A DNA stretch of 64,000 nucleotides from a virus. This document shows positions 31,741-41,964 of this stretch, piece after piece. Made by a program: the position numbers and the translations under genes. The DNA is taken from the IMG/VR virus record IMGVR_UViG_3300042467_002537, one strand, 5' to 3'. The notes beneath the pieces were generated by a model, which worked only from the letters and a program-made list of their open reading frames with translations, ran no database searches and was not told the DNA's origin. Every line of letters begins with the position of its first letter. The first letter of the stretch is position 1.

Positions 31741-33166
31741 CAATTATCCGATTGAATATCAGATATTTGCGCTATGCCTAAGACACCCTGGTTCAATAAA
31801 CTTTTTTCATGAGAACTTAAAGGCAGAGATAGTAGGAATAAACCATGGAGAAAATGGTGTCTTCGAATTCTATAACGCAATCCTGGCTTTCCATAAAGCA
31901 ACTCAGCTAGATATAGTAGATCCAATAGCTTTTAGATCTTGGCTACAAACAGAGACTGAAATATATGAAGCTTTAGGTGGGCATGTAGGCACCCAGGCTA
32001 TGTTTGACATATTAATGAACATAGACTTGTCGAGTGCAGAGTCAATACTAAAAGTCATAGAGCACAAGGCTAATAAAAGAAAACAGATAGACTATCTACA
32101 AGAGCTACAGATTTTAATCACACAAAAATCAAGCAAATCAGATGAAGACATAGAAAGAATATCTGTTTTAACTAACAAGATTAGAGAATTAGAAAATGAG
32201 ATTAACTATAATCCATTAGAGAATGTTACTACAGCAAGTGATATAGCTGGTAGAGCAGAAGAGCTGTTGGTAATACCAAATTTTTTACCAACTCAATTCA
32301 AGTCACTTAATAGAGCGATGGGCTATACAGATGAGGGAGGCTTCTTTAAGGGGGCCGTGCACGCTATCATAGCCCCTTCTGGCAAGGGCAAAAGCACGTT
32401 TGCTAAGTGCCTAGTAAACCATTGGGTTGAGGTTGGTTATTCAGCGTTGTTCATTAACTTCGAAGAAGCGATATCCCACTGGGAGAGAGTTCTGATGACC
32501 CAAATTATAGGACAAAATGTTTATTCCGAAGCAGGTAAGTGGTCTCAGCAAGAAAAAGATAAGCACCTAAAAACATTTAAAGACAAGATGGAGCAGTGGG
32601 GGGACCGATTCATGGTGAGACATGATCCGGAAACTCCATACTTTGAGGACCTAGAGAGATGGCTTAGAGACATTATGGGGCACAATGCTAAGCTGCCAGA
32701 CGTAATTGTAATTGATACCATACAATCGATGTTCACCCGAGGCGGAAAAGGTAAGCCAAGATGGGGCGAATTTGAAGAGATGATGGTTCGCCTAGAGAAG
32801 TTGGCTAGAGACATGAACTGTGCTTTTATAATAACGGCACAAGAAAACTCGAATAGAATGAAAGAAAAGAGAGAAGTAGTCCAGCAATCTGACACTGGTG
32901 GGTCTCTTGCTATCCAACAAAAGTGTGCGGTGACTATCTTTATAACAGATAAAAAGCTAGCTTCGGGCGACGAGTCAGAAGAGGATTATGTAATGCAATT
33001 ACAGATACCAAAAAACAGAATAACTGGGTCTACATTCGTATACGACCCACCTCTAGTAAGATATAATGATACTACCAAGTCTTATGAGGACTACGAAGTT
33101 GTAACCAACGATACATATTCTACTTCATCTTTGTTAGATGATTTATTAAGTGGAGACTTTTCTTAA
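31718..33166 (+). CDS. DnaB-like replicative helicase (RecA-fold)
   Basis: Walker A APSGKGKSTFAK, Walker B DVIVIDTIQSM, motif FIITAQENSNR. Confidence 0.8.
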   Translation: MATEENNNNYPIEYQIFALCLRHPGSINFFHENLKAEIVGINHGENGVFEFYNAILAFHKATQLDIVDPIAFRSWLQTETEIYEALGGHVGTQAMFDILMNIDLSSAESILKVIEHKANKRKQIDYLQELQILITQKSSKSDEDIERISVLTNKIRELENEINYNPLENVTTASDIAGRAEELLVIPNFLPTQFKSLNRAMGYTDEGGFFKGAVHAIIAPSGKGKSTFAKCLVNHWVEVGYSALFINFEEAISHWERVLMTQIIGQNVYSEAGKWSQQEKDKHLKTFKDKMEQWGDRFMVRHDPETPYFEDLERWLRDIMGHNAKLPDVIVIDTIQSMFTRGGKGKPRWGEFEEMMVRLEKLARDMNCAFIITAQENSNRMKEKREVVQQSDTGGSLAIQQKCAVTIFITDKKLASGDESEEDYVMQLQIPKNRITGSTFVYDPPLVRYNDTTKSYEDYEVVTNDTYSTSSLLDDLLSGDFS

Positions 33167-33969
33167 TGATAAAAATAACGCCTAAGGCGATTAAAGATTT
33201 TCAAACATGCGGCCTGCTTTTTGACTACAGATATAATCAAAAGCTTCCAGAAACTATACTTAGTAGGAATGTTGTAACTGAAAGATTTGAGAATACATTA
33301 AAGAATGTAATAAATTTCTTTTTGTATAAAAGACAAAGCGGTCAAACTCCTTCATACGCTGCCGTATTAAACAGATGGGAAAAGCTTTGGTTCCCTAAGG
33401 ATACTTCGGCACAAGATATAATAAATGACAAGCACGAGAGTGCTTACGGTAATATGGCAAGCCTTACATCCAAGGCTGCTGGCGTTTTGCTTTCATTTTA
33501 TAACTATTTTTCGGACCCAGAGCTGGTACCGATAGGCATATCGGAGGACTACAATCTTCCAATAGGGCAAGTGTTAATAACCGATAGCTTTGATATTATT
33601 TATATAAAAAATGGCTACACCAATGTTGTCAAATGGGTATTCAACTACAAGGACAGCCATGAGCATTTGTATAATGTTGATTTTGTGTCGATGCAATATG
33701 CATACACAAAGAATAGGGGTAGCAAAAACAAGAATGTTAGATATGGTTACTTCGATATCATGTCCTCAAATCCAAAGGTTGAATACGTTGATTTTGTACA
33801 GGAAGATGTTGACTCATTAAACTTTTGGGTAGATGAGCTAAGCGCGTGCAGTAACTTCGTACCAAGAAGAGGTCTAACTTACTACTGCAAACGATGCCCG
33901 TTTGATGGCCCGTGCTCTAAATGGTCTAATTGGAAAAAAGATAAGGAAAACAAAGATGGCAAAAAATAA
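33166..33969 (+). CDS. PD-(D/E)XK nuclease, Cas4/RecB-like with Cys cluster
   Basis: PKAIKDFQTCGLLFDYRY, C-terminal YYCKRCPFDGPCSKW. Confidence 0.65.
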   Translation: MIKITPKAIKDFQTCGLLFDYRYNQKLPETILSRNVVTERFENTLKNVINFFLYKRQSGQTPSYAAVLNRWEKLWFPKDTSAQDIINDKHESAYGNMASLTSKAAGVLLSFYNYFSDPELVPIGISEDYNLPIGQVLITDSFDIIYIKNGYTNVVKWVFNYKDSHEHLYNVDFVSMQYAYTKNRGSKNKNVRYGYFDIMSSNPKVEYVDFVQEDVDSLNFWVDELSACSNFVPRRGLTYYCKRCPFDGPCSKWSNWKKDKENKDGKK

Positions 33970-34648
33970 AGACGACAACTTGTTAGATTCATTCTTAAAG
34001 GATGAAAAAATAGTTTCGATGATAGAAGAAGAAGACATTATACTCGCGCCTCTTTTAAAGGAAATTTCCTTTATATCTAGCGAGGGCTTAAGATCTTTTG
34101 TAAGATCAATCTTAGTAAGAGCAGATTCTTTTTGGAAAATACCATCATCCTTCTCCGGCAAGTATCATCCACCAGATGAGCATGGTGAGGGCGGTAACGC
34201 TCTCCATACAAAAAGAGTGGTTAGAGCAGCCAAGATGCTCTGCCAATCTCATAGCATGAGTGAAGAAGAATCTGATTTGATTTTTGCAGCATGCTTACTG
34301 CATGATGTTACAAAAGGAAAGATAGATAAAGATGGTTGGTTCTCTTATGACAAGATGCATCCTTACACCGTTGGCGATTTTGTCAAATACTGCCAAGAGG
34401 ATGATAAAAAGTTTGCCAGTGACATTCATTCATCTACGCTATACGTAAATGAAGACGATGTTCAAACAATACTAAGACTCGTAAGATGTCACCTTGGTCC
34501 ATGGTCTCCTATACCAGAAACCGTACCAATAACTTACCTAGATCAAATAGTGCACGTAGCAGATAACATAGCTTCAAAGATCCATTACATATTGGATGGC
34601 GATGATATCATAGAGAGTAGATGGAAAGATCATGGAACCACTACTTAA
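33956..34648 (+). CDS. HD-domain phosphohydrolase
   Basis: NALHTKRVVRAA...AACLLHDVTKG...VRCHLGPWSP...IVHVADNIAS. Confidence 0.75.
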   Translation: MAKNKDDNLLDSFLKDEKIVSMIEEEDIILAPLLKEISFISSEGLRSFVRSILVRADSFWKIPSSFSGKYHPPDEHGEGGNALHTKRVVRAAKMLCQSHSMSEEESDLIFAACLLHDVTKGKIDKDGWFSYDKMHPYTVGDFVKYCQEDDKKFASDIHSSTLYVNEDDVQTILRLVRCHLGPWSPIPETVPITYLDQIVHVADNIASKIHYILDGDDIIESRWKDHGTTT

Positions 34649-34805
34649 CAGAATAAATAAAAGAAACTTTCTAGTATCAAATTTAGAAAGCTACATCCAA
34701 GAATCTGTTTACTATAGAAGTTATTCGTTTGAACTTAACAACAAAAATAATAAAACAATAATTTATAACTTCGTAAACAATTCTGGTAAAGGCAAAATAC
34801 AGTGA
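34632..34805 (+). CDS. Small hypothetical protein (missed by the ORF track)
   Basis: MEPLLNRINKRNFLVSNLESYIQESVYYRSYSFELNNKNNKTIIYNFVNNSGKGKIQ*, overlaps both neighbours. Confidence 0.4.
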   Translation: MEPLLNRINKRNFLVSNLESYIQESVYYRSYSFELNNKNNKTIIYNFVNNSGKGKIQ

Positions 34806-36004
34806 GACCAACTACTGATGAGAAAAAGTTTTTAAAAGACTGGAAATTTGTTGAGGTAGCTAGATACGTTGATTCTTTATCTAAGGTTATCAGAGAAAAA
34901 AATGGCGACAATCCATTAGTGATACCTTTTGACCAGGTTGAAAAGTATTCAGACAAACACAACAATGTTGGCGTTTATACTTCCGTTTGGCTTTATAATA
35001 ATGAAGACATAAACAAGGCAACTAGATATTCTAATCTGTATTTTGATTTAGATAACTCAGATATAGCTATAGCTTATGGCGAAACCGTAAAGCTAGTAAG
35101 CATATTAAAGAATAAAATTCCAACAGATGCCATAAAGATATACTTTACTGGCAAAAAGGGTTTTCATATAGAATGCGAAGGCTCAGCCTTAGGTATAACT
35201 CCGTCTAATGACCTACATGTTTTGTTTAGGTTCATTGCTTCAGACATAAGATCATCGTATGACATAACAAGCTTAGACTTAAGTGTATATGATGCCAGAA
35301 GAATGTGGAGATTGCCTGGCACTAAGCATCAAAGTACTGGTTTATATAAAACCTTGTTGACTATGGATGAGTTTGATAGTGGTTTAGAGGCTATCTTTTT
35401 GATTAGCAGAAACTTTAGATCTAGTGAGTACCAAGATATAGATTTTGATTATAAGTCAAACGAATGGTATAGAGAATATTCATATAAAATGGAAGCAGAT
35501 AAAGAAAGAAGTAAAGATTATCTTTCTTACTTTAACAAGCATGGGTCTAAAGGCTTAAAGCAAGTAGATGATTCACCAAAAGTATTTTCTCCTCATGTTC
35601 TATTTAAAAACTGCCCAGCAATAAAGAGAATATATCAAGAAGCTAAAGAAAAACATGACATAGACCATGAGTCTAGATTATTCCTCTGTTCGATTCTAAC
35701 TTATACTGATGATTCTATCGAGCTTTTACATGAGATACTAAGTAACTGTAGTGATTATAACGTACAAAAATCTACGTCCCATATAAATGATTGGATAAGA
35801 AGAAGAGAGATTGGGATAGGCGGTAGACCATATACCTGTGAAAGAGCAAATTCAGTAGGAGTTGGGTGTGGAGATTGCCAGTTAGAAGGAAGAAAGAAAT
35901 GGGTTAAGGTTGGAGAAAAATTTGTAGAAACAAATATAAAATCTTCCCCCTCACCAATAAGGTTCGCATACAGATCAACTAAAAAGGACAAAAAAAATGA
36001 ATAA
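34802..36004 (+). CDS. Archaeo-eukaryotic-type primase with PriL-like C-terminal Cys domain
   Basis: NLYFDLDN, IKIYFTGKKGFHIEC, RMWRLPGTKH; C-terminal FKNCPAIKRIY...LFLCSIL...PYTCERANSVGVGCGDCQ. Confidence 0.75.
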   Translation: MRPTTDEKKFLKDWKFVEVARYVDSLSKVIREKNGDNPLVIPFDQVEKYSDKHNNVGVYTSVWLYNNEDINKATRYSNLYFDLDNSDIAIAYGETVKLVSILKNKIPTDAIKIYFTGKKGFHIECEGSALGITPSNDLHVLFRFIASDIRSSYDITSLDLSVYDARRMWRLPGTKHQSTGLYKTLLTMDEFDSGLEAIFLISRNFRSSEYQDIDFDYKSNEWYREYSYKMEADKERSKDYLSYFNKHGSKGLKQVDDSPKVFSPHVLFKNCPAIKRIYQEAKEKHDIDHESRLFLCSILTYTDDSIELLHEILSNCSDYNVQKSTSHINDWIRRREIGIGGRPYTCERANSVGVGCGDCQLEGRKKWVKVGEKFVETNIKSSPSPIRFAYRSTKKDKKNE

Positions 36005-36206
36005 TATAAATAATCCAGATGATGTTATAGGCGTATGTTCTGAGTGTAATTCAGATCAACCTATGAGCTATATGGAAAGAAGCCCATTTGCTCAGGCTGG
36101 ACAGCCAGTGCCATGCAAGTTCTGTGGAGGAATAGTTTTAATTACTTACAGAGAAACCAGAAACAATACATTAGATAGCAGCAATAAAGGCAGAGGCATA
36201 AACTAA
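35997..36206 (+). CDS. Small zinc-ribbon-like protein
   Basis: VCSECN...PCKFCGG. Confidence 0.55.
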   Translation: MNNINNPDDVIGVCSECNSDQPMSYMERSPFAQAGQPVPCKFCGGIVLITYRETRNNTLDSSNKGRGIN

Positions 36207-36209
36207 TTA

Positions 36210-39200
36210 ATGAAGAATTGGACAAACCTACATAACCACACCGTGTTCTCCATGCTAGATGGGCATGGAGACGTAGAACAATACCTAACTAGAGCCAAGG
36301 ACCTTGGTATGTTGGGATTAGCTACGACCGATCACGGCAATATACACTCGTGGTTAGACTTCTATGATGCTGGGATGGCATGTGGCGTAAAGCCAATTCT
36401 TGGTTCTGAAATGTACCAAGCTAGAAAAAGTAGGTTTGATCGAGACGAAGAGGAAAGATCCGGCCCATCAAAAAATGAATGGGAACAAAGAGGTCCTTAC
36501 CATATAACTATATTGGCAAAGAATAATGTTGGCTATCATAACATAATCAAGATGTCGTCTAAAGCCTTTACGGAAGGATACTATGTAAAGCCAAGAGTGG
36601 ACCATGATTTAATATCACAACACTCTGAAGGAATAATAGTTCTATCTGGTTGTCTCAACGGAGAAGTTTCGCAGGCTCTTTTAAGAAAAGATTATAAAAC
36701 AGCCTTGAACCACGCAGCTAAGATGCAGCAGATTGTGGGCAAAGAAAACTATTTTATCGAAATTCAAAACCATGGCATAGCAGAGCAGCTTGCGATCATA
36801 CCAGATTTGATTAAGGTAGCTAATCATATAGGCGCAAAGATTATCCCATCTGGTGACTGTCACTACGTTCATCAACGTGACGCGCATGCTCACGACATAA
36901 TGTTATGTGTTGCCACTAACTCAAACATACATACCCCAGATAGATTTTCTTTTTCTGGTGATCATTTTTATCTACAATCTTATGATGAAATGGCTTCTGT
37001 ATTTTCTGAAGACCAACTAAAAAATACTATGCATGTCTATGACATGATAGACCTTAAGTTAGATTTTGGTGATATACATTTTCCTAATTTTCCAATACCC
37101 ACAAAAGAAAGCTCTACAGAATACTTTGAAAGATTAGCATGGGATGGCCTAAGAGAAAAGTATGGACAAAACTTACCACAAAATATCATTGATAGAGCAC
37201 AGCATGAAATAAGAGTAGTAAAAGAAATGGGTTTCCCAGAATACTTTTTGGTTGTTTCCGACCTTGTGCGCTGGGCTAAGTCTAATGATATAACGGTTGG
37301 CTGGGGAAGAGGTTCAGCAGCGGGAAGTATTCTCTCCTATGCTTTTGGTATAACTAACTTAGACCCGATTAAGTTTGGTCTATTGTTTGAAAGATTCCTT
37401 GTAGAGGGAAGAAAGTCAATGCCCGACATTGACTTGGACTTTGACGATAGACACAGAGACAAAGTTATCGAGTATGCAAGACAAAAATATGGTGAAGATA
37501 AAGTAGCCCATATTTGCACATTCAATAGAACAGGTGCAAAGCAATCCATTAGAGATGCAGCTAGAGCTCTTGGTCTTGACTATGCAAGCGGAGACAGAAT
37601 AGCAAAGCTAGTACCTCCGCCGGTGTTGGGTGTTTCAAAAAACTTGAACGACTGTATGCAGGTTACCGAATTTAGCGCAGCTTATAGCACAGAAGAAAAT
37701 AGCAAGCTGATTATAGACACGGCATTTGGTTTAGAGGGCGTGGTCCGACAGACTGGCATCCACGCTGCAGGTATTGTTATATCCAAAGAGCCATTAATAG
37801 AGTATCTTCCAGTTATGAAAAAGGGAGCTGACAACCCATTAGTTACGCAGTGGGACATGGGCAGAGTAGAACAATGTGGGCTATTAAAAATAGACTTTCT
37901 TGGTTTAAGAAACCTTGGCGTTATAGATCAGTGCATAAAAACTGTAGAGAAAAGAACAGGTCAAAAGATAATACTTGATGACCTACCTTTAGACGATGAG
38001 AATACCTATAAGGAACTGTGCAAAGGTAACGCTATGGGTGTTTTTCAGTTAGAGTCTGCAGGTATGCGCGAGCTGATGATACAAATGCAGCCAAGATCAA
38101 TCCAAGACATTATGGCTTTGATATCACTTTATAGACCAGGCCCAATGGGATCCGGTATGGATAAGCTTTACATAGATAGAAAAAATGGTAAGGCAAAGAT
38201 ATCTTATGTACATGAAAAGATGGAGGATGCATTAGGTTCCTCTTTAGGCATCATGCTTTATCAGGAAGATGTCTTAGCAGTAGCGCGAAGCCTTGCTGGC
38301 TTTTCTGCTAGCGAAGCCGATGACTTAAGAAAAGTAATCGGTAAGAAGCAGATGGACAAGATAGCAAAAATAAGAAAAAGTTTTGTTACAGGCTGCATTG
38401 AGAACTCAGGTTTGACAAAGTCAATTGCAGATAAAATATTTTCTGACATTGAGTTCTTCGGTGGATACGGTTTCAACAGAGCTCACGCAGCAAGTTACGC
38501 AATGATATCTTATGTGACCGCATACTTAAAAACTCATTACACTGCTGAGTACATGGCAGCTTTAATAACTTCAGTGGCTGGCAATAAAGAAAAACTATTC
38601 TTGTATCTAAACGATTGTAGGAAGTTGAATATAAATGTTCTTCCTCCATCGATCAACAAATCTGGCATAGACTTTGAAGTTGAAGATGATAATAACATCT
38701 TGTTTGGTTTGGGTTCAGTAAGCGGCATCGGTGCTTCGATAGCAGAGTCCATAATACTAAAAAGAGATACCGAAAAACCATACTCTAGTATGTATGACTT
38801 TTTTAGAAGATGTGATCCAACCGTGCTAAAAAAATCTACTTTAGAGCACCTGTCTTACGCTGGGGCACTAGACGAATTGATACCAGAAATGGAAGATGAA
38901 GACTTAAATAGATCAGTTGAACTTTCTATTTTAGAAAAAGAAAAAGAAGAGCTAGGTATCTACGTTACAAAGCACCCCCTAGAGGGGACTTGGGACAAGA
39001 TGAAACCAAACATTGATGTTGAGCTTATCCAGATACCAGAGTGTGCGACTAATAGCTACCTTAAGGTCGGAGGAATCATCACTGCATCTAAAAAAATAAT
39101 AACCAAAAAAGGTGCAAGAATGTTTAAGTTTAACATTGAGGATCCAACTGGTGAGTTAGAAATAATAGTCTTTCCTAAGGACGCTAAAAACTATTCAGAT

Positions 39201-39524
39201 GATTTTTTTAAAGCAGGTGAAATAGTTTACATATCTGGAACTCTGAATAGAGAAACCGATGATGAGAATTCAAGCTATAGAGTTTTCCTTTCTAACATAG
39301 AAAAGATAGACCATGCTACATTGTTTAGCGGTAAGGCTATCTATTTGGAAATAGATACTTTAAACTCAGAAAAGATACAACAGATTTGTGATATAATAAA
39401 TGCGCACAATGGTAATAAACAGGTTTATCTTAAGGTAAACAATAATTTAGGGACTTTTGTTTATCGTTTTAACAAAACAACAAACAGAAAAGCAGAAGCC
39501 TTACTTGACACAATCATACTATAA
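36210..39524 (+). CDS. dnaE: DNA polymerase III alpha subunit
   Basis: PHP motif NLHNHTVFSMLDG...TTDHGN; WGRGSAAGSILSYAFGIT; SMPDIDLDFDD; GNAMGVFQLES; LYRPGPM; LMLYQEDV; FFGGYGFNRAHAASYA. Confidence 0.96.
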   Translation: MKNWTNLHNHTVFSMLDGHGDVEQYLTRAKDLGMLGLATTDHGNIHSWLDFYDAGMACGVKPILGSEMYQARKSRFDRDEEERSGPSKNEWEQRGPYHITILAKNNVGYHNIIKMSSKAFTEGYYVKPRVDHDLISQHSEGIIVLSGCLNGEVSQALLRKDYKTALNHAAKMQQIVGKENYFIEIQNHGIAEQLAIIPDLIKVANHIGAKIIPSGDCHYVHQRDAHAHDIMLCVATNSNIHTPDRFSFSGDHFYLQSYDEMASVFSEDQLKNTMHVYDMIDLKLDFGDIHFPNFPIPTKESSTEYFERLAWDGLREKYGQNLPQNIIDRAQHEIRVVKEMGFPEYFLVVSDLVRWAKSNDITVGWGRGSAAGSILSYAFGITNLDPIKFGLLFERFLVEGRKSMPDIDLDFDDRHRDKVIEYARQKYGEDKVAHICTFNRTGAKQSIRDAARALGLDYASGDRIAKLVPPPVLGVSKNLNDCMQVTEFSAAYSTEENSKLIIDTAFGLEGVVRQTGIHAAGIVISKEPLIEYLPVMKKGADNPLVTQWDMGRVEQCGLLKIDFLGLRNLGVIDQCIKTVEKRTGQKIILDDLPLDDENTYKELCKGNAMGVFQLESAGMRELMIQMQPRSIQDIMALISLYRPGPMGSGMDKLYIDRKNGKAKISYVHEKMEDALGSSLGIMLYQEDVLAVARSLAGFSASEADDLRKVIGKKQMDKIAKIRKSFVTGCIENSGLTKSIADKIFSDIEFFGGYGFNRAHAASYAMISYVTAYLKTHYTAEYMAALITSVAGNKEKLFLYLNDCRKLNINVLPPSINKSGIDFEVEDDNNILFGLGSVSGIGASIAESIILKRDTEKPYSSMYDFFRRCDPTVLKKSTLEHLSYAGALDELIPEMEDEDLNRSVELSILEKEKEELGIYVTKHPLEGTWDKMKPNIDVELIQIPECATNSYLKVGGIITASKKIITKKGARMFKFNIEDPTGELEIIVFPKDAKNYSDDFFKAGEIVYISGTLNRETDDENSSYRVFLSNIEKIDHATLFSGKAIYLEIDTLNSEKIQQICDIINAHNGNKQVYLKVNNNLGTFVYRFNKTTNRKAEALLDTIIL

Positions 39525-39535
39525 ATAGGAGAGTT

Positions 39536-39901
39536 ATGGCAGCGATAGGCAGTTTTCAAAATCCAACAGAAAAAGATTGTTGGAAGTATTGTCATTCTTG
39601 TGGCAGATGCGAGAACAAAGAACGTTACACAAAGTGTAACGGATGCAGTGGAAGATATGATCCGCAAGGGATGATAGAGCCATGTCAGGATGACTATTGT
39701 GATTGCAGAAACGGGATACTAAGATGGAAAACCCAGCAGGGTCGAATAGTCATAACTAGATTTAAATCAAACCCGTATGCAGGCACCGTGAAGATAGAGA
39801 AGAAATCAGAAGACGAAAGAGATTGGGACTCTTACGTTAATGACATGAGAAATAAAATGGGCGATCCAAACTGGAACCCTATAACAATAGTTGGAGACTA
39901 A
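39536..39901 (+). CDS. Cys-rich (zinc-binding) hypothetical protein
   Basis: CHSCGRCENKERYTKCNGCSG...CQDDYCDCRNG. Confidence 0.55.
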   Translation: MAAIGSFQNPTEKDCWKYCHSCGRCENKERYTKCNGCSGRYDPQGMIEPCQDDYCDCRNGILRWKTQQGRIVITRFKSNPYAGTVKIEKKSEDERDWDSYVNDMRNKMGDPNWNPITIVGD

Positions 39902-39904
39902 TTT

Positions 39905-40138
39905 ATGTTAAGAGCAGAAGTAGGCAGAATGCACATGGGCAACGTTGTCCTTGTAGAGTACGAATCAATAGACGAAGAAAAGCCTTTGTTTTTTATTCAA
40001 TCTGGTGCAGCAGGTTTTAACGCAACAAAAGAAGAACTCGAGCACTTATACGGAGTGCTTAACTATTGGTTTAATATGGAGTCTATAATGAATTGTGTTA
40101 TCCAAACTAACTCTGTAGATGAAGAAGAGGAACAATAG
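39905..40138 (+). CDS. Hypothetical protein
   Basis: 77 aa ORF. Confidence 0.45.
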   Translation: MLRAEVGRMHMGNVVLVEYESIDEEKPLFFIQSGAAGFNATKEELEHLYGVLNYWFNMESIMNCVIQTNSVDEEEEQ

Positions 40139-40306
40139 ATGAAGAAAGAAAACTATGACGAAATGGAGCTGGGCGATACTGGCTGGGTCCCAATGCCAAA
40201 CGGGTCTTATAGAAACATTTACAACAATCATTATATCGATGACCTCGGAAGAGAATTCGATGAACATGGAACTTTAATATTCTCCCCTGACAATCTAAAG
40301 GAATAA
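40139..40306 (+). CDS. Small hypothetical protein (missed by the ORF track)
   Basis: MKKENYDEMELGDTGWVPMPNGSYRNIYNNHYIDDLGREFDEHGTLIFSPDNLKE*; exactly fills the gap to the next ATG. Confidence 0.6.
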   Translation: MKKENYDEMELGDTGWVPMPNGSYRNIYNNHYIDDLGREFDEHGTLIFSPDNLKE

Positions 40307-41113
40307 ATGATAAACATTAAATCGGTAGCAGATCTTTCTGACTTGGAAAGAATGTCCTTGATGGACTTGTCGTATTCTAGGATTGACACTTACAAAATGT
40401 GCCCAGCAAAATACTTTTATGGCTACATACAAAAAGAACCTAGACTATTTGGAGAGGCAGCCGTACTAGGCAATATAGTTCACTCCGTGTTAGAGGATAA
40501 TCTTTCCAACGAAAAAGACCTAGACATAGAGAGTCTTTTTAATTCTTATGAACAAAAGAAGTCTGAGTGGGATCCTAATTCTATTATTAACTCTGAGCTT
40601 ATATCAGTTGGCAAAGAGATATTAAACGAATTCTACGATAGACATTCCGGTGAGACCCTACATATTAAACATAAAGAAATGGGTTTTAACTTTATTGTAG
40701 GTCCATTTAATGTTAATGGTTTCATAGATAGAGTCGATGAATACGACGACAGAATCGAGATTATAGATTATAAAACCGGTAAGTGGGAAGTATCGCAAAA
40801 ATCCATTAAAGACAACCTACAGCTCGGTATATACGCTCTGGCAGCCAAGCTAGCCTATCCTGACAAGCAGATCTATGCGGAGCTTTATTACCTAAGATCA
40901 GGTAAGCGCAAGGGCCATTTGTTTACTGACGAGGACATCCAATCTGCCTACGATAACTTGATCGAACAGGGTAATAAGATTAGGAATGACATCAGCTTCC
41001 CTACTACGTCCAATGAAAGAGTCTGTTCTTTCTGCGACCATGCAAAGTCCGGTGCTTGTGCAACCGGAGTTATGCGCAACAAAAAAGCCCAGAGCCGAAA
41101 GGCCCTGGGCTAA
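40307..41113 (+). CDS. PD-(D/E)XK exonuclease, Cas4/RecB-like
   Basis: YSRIDTYKMCPAKYFYGYI, GNIVHSVLE, GFIDRVDEYDDRIEIIDYKTGK, LQLGIYALAAK, CSFCDHAKSGAC. Confidence 0.88.
   Translation: MINIKSVADLSDLERMSLMDLSYSRIDTYKMCPAKYFYGYIQKEPRLFGEAAVLGNIVHSVLEDNLSNEKDLDIESLFNSYEQKKSEWDPNSIINSELISVGKEILNEFYDRHSGETLHIKHKEMGFNFIVGPFNVNGFIDRVDEYDDRIEIIDYKTGKWEVSQKSIKDNLQLGIYALAAKLAYPDKQIYAELYYLRSGKRKGHLFTDEDIQSAYDNLIEQGNKIRNDISFPTTSNERVCSFCDHAKSGACATGVMRNKKAQSRKALG
41086..41111 (-). terminator. Hairpin probably terminating the small minus-strand gene (and possibly bidirectional)
   Basis: AGCCCAGAGCC-GAAA-GGCCCTGGGCT (one mismatch, GNRA loop); on minus it is followed by TTTTTT (plus 41081-41086 AAAAAA). 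Confidence 0.65.
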
Positions 41114-41132
41114 GTTGTCTAATTAATTTAAA

Positions 41133-41309
41133 TTAGATACTGTAAGTTGCGTTGTTAACTGAATCAGCTACAAGGTCAACGCCATTGTCGCTTTCGATAA
41201 CTACCTTGATTGCATCATCTGTGCTGTAACCAAGCAGTTCGAGAGTCTTAACTGCCGAGCTCTGCATATCAGCTACAAAATTATTAACTAGTAAGTTTAA
41301 TGTTGTCAT
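41133..41309 (-). CDS. Small minus-strand protein (missed by the ORF track)
   Basis: MTTLNLLVNNFVADMQSSAVKTLELLGYSTDDAIKVVIESDNGVDLVADSVNNATYSI* with AGGAAAATAAG-ATG ribosome site and its own downstream terminator. Confidence 0.65.
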   Translation of the reverse strand: MTTLNLLVNNFVADMQSSAVKTLELLGYSTDDAIKVVIESDNGVDLVADSVNNATYSI

Positions 41310-41336
41310 CTTATTTTCCTATTCTGAGTGGTTAAC

Positions 41337-41365
41337 TTGTATTTTATTTAAAAGTATTATATAAT
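41337..41365 (+). promoter_or_regulatory. Sigma70-like promoter
   Basis: TTGTAT - 17 bp - TATAAT, upstream of the 41397 gene. Confidence 0.5.
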
Positions 41366-41396
41366 AGGTATAACTAACAAGCAGTAAGGATATCTC

Positions 41397-41963
41397 ATGA
41401 GCATCACAGTTGTCAAGCCAGACGAGTTTTTTTTGGAAAAATCTTTTCAATCAAAACATCCGAATTTTAAAGCCGCTGCTAAGAAATATTTAAATAAAAA
41501 TATACCGCAAGAGGATAGTGTATCACCCAAAGGCGGCAAAGGCAACTTGTACAGGTACACAAAAACTGGATACAGAGAAGACATAGGAATAAACGTAAGG
41601 TCTAATTGGGAAGCAAACTTTGCAAGGCTTGCTCTCATATATAAAATAGATTTTGAATTTGAACCAAAAGTTTTTACATACCCGATTAAAAGGGGAACTA
41701 AATCTTATACTCCTGATTTTTATTTTAATAAAACTCAAGAATGGATTGAGATAAAAGGTTATCTAGATGAAAAAAGTAAAATAAAAATTAAAAGATTTAA
41801 AAGGTATTATCCAGAAGAGTTTAGTAAGTTCACGATGATCATAAGCAGGTATTCAAATGAAGCCAAAAAGTTTGTCGAAGACCTAGAAGTACCTAATGTA
41901 ATTTTCTATGAAGATATCAGGGATTATTACTTTGAATTAATATACAAATGGGAAGGCAAATAA
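41397..41963 (+). CDS. PD-(D/E)XK-type endonuclease
   Basis: VRSNWEANFARL...EPKVFTYPIKRGTKSYTPDFYF...EWIEIKGYLD. Confidence 0.7.
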   Translation: MSITVVKPDEFFLEKSFQSKHPNFKAAAKKYLNKNIPQEDSVSPKGGKGNLYRYTKTGYREDIGINVRSNWEANFARLALIYKIDFEFEPKVFTYPIKRGTKSYTPDFYFNKTQEWIEIKGYLDEKSKIKIKRFKRYYPEEFSKFTMIISRYSNEAKKFVEDLEVPNVIFYEDIRDYYFELIYKWEGK

Positions 41964-41964
41964 A

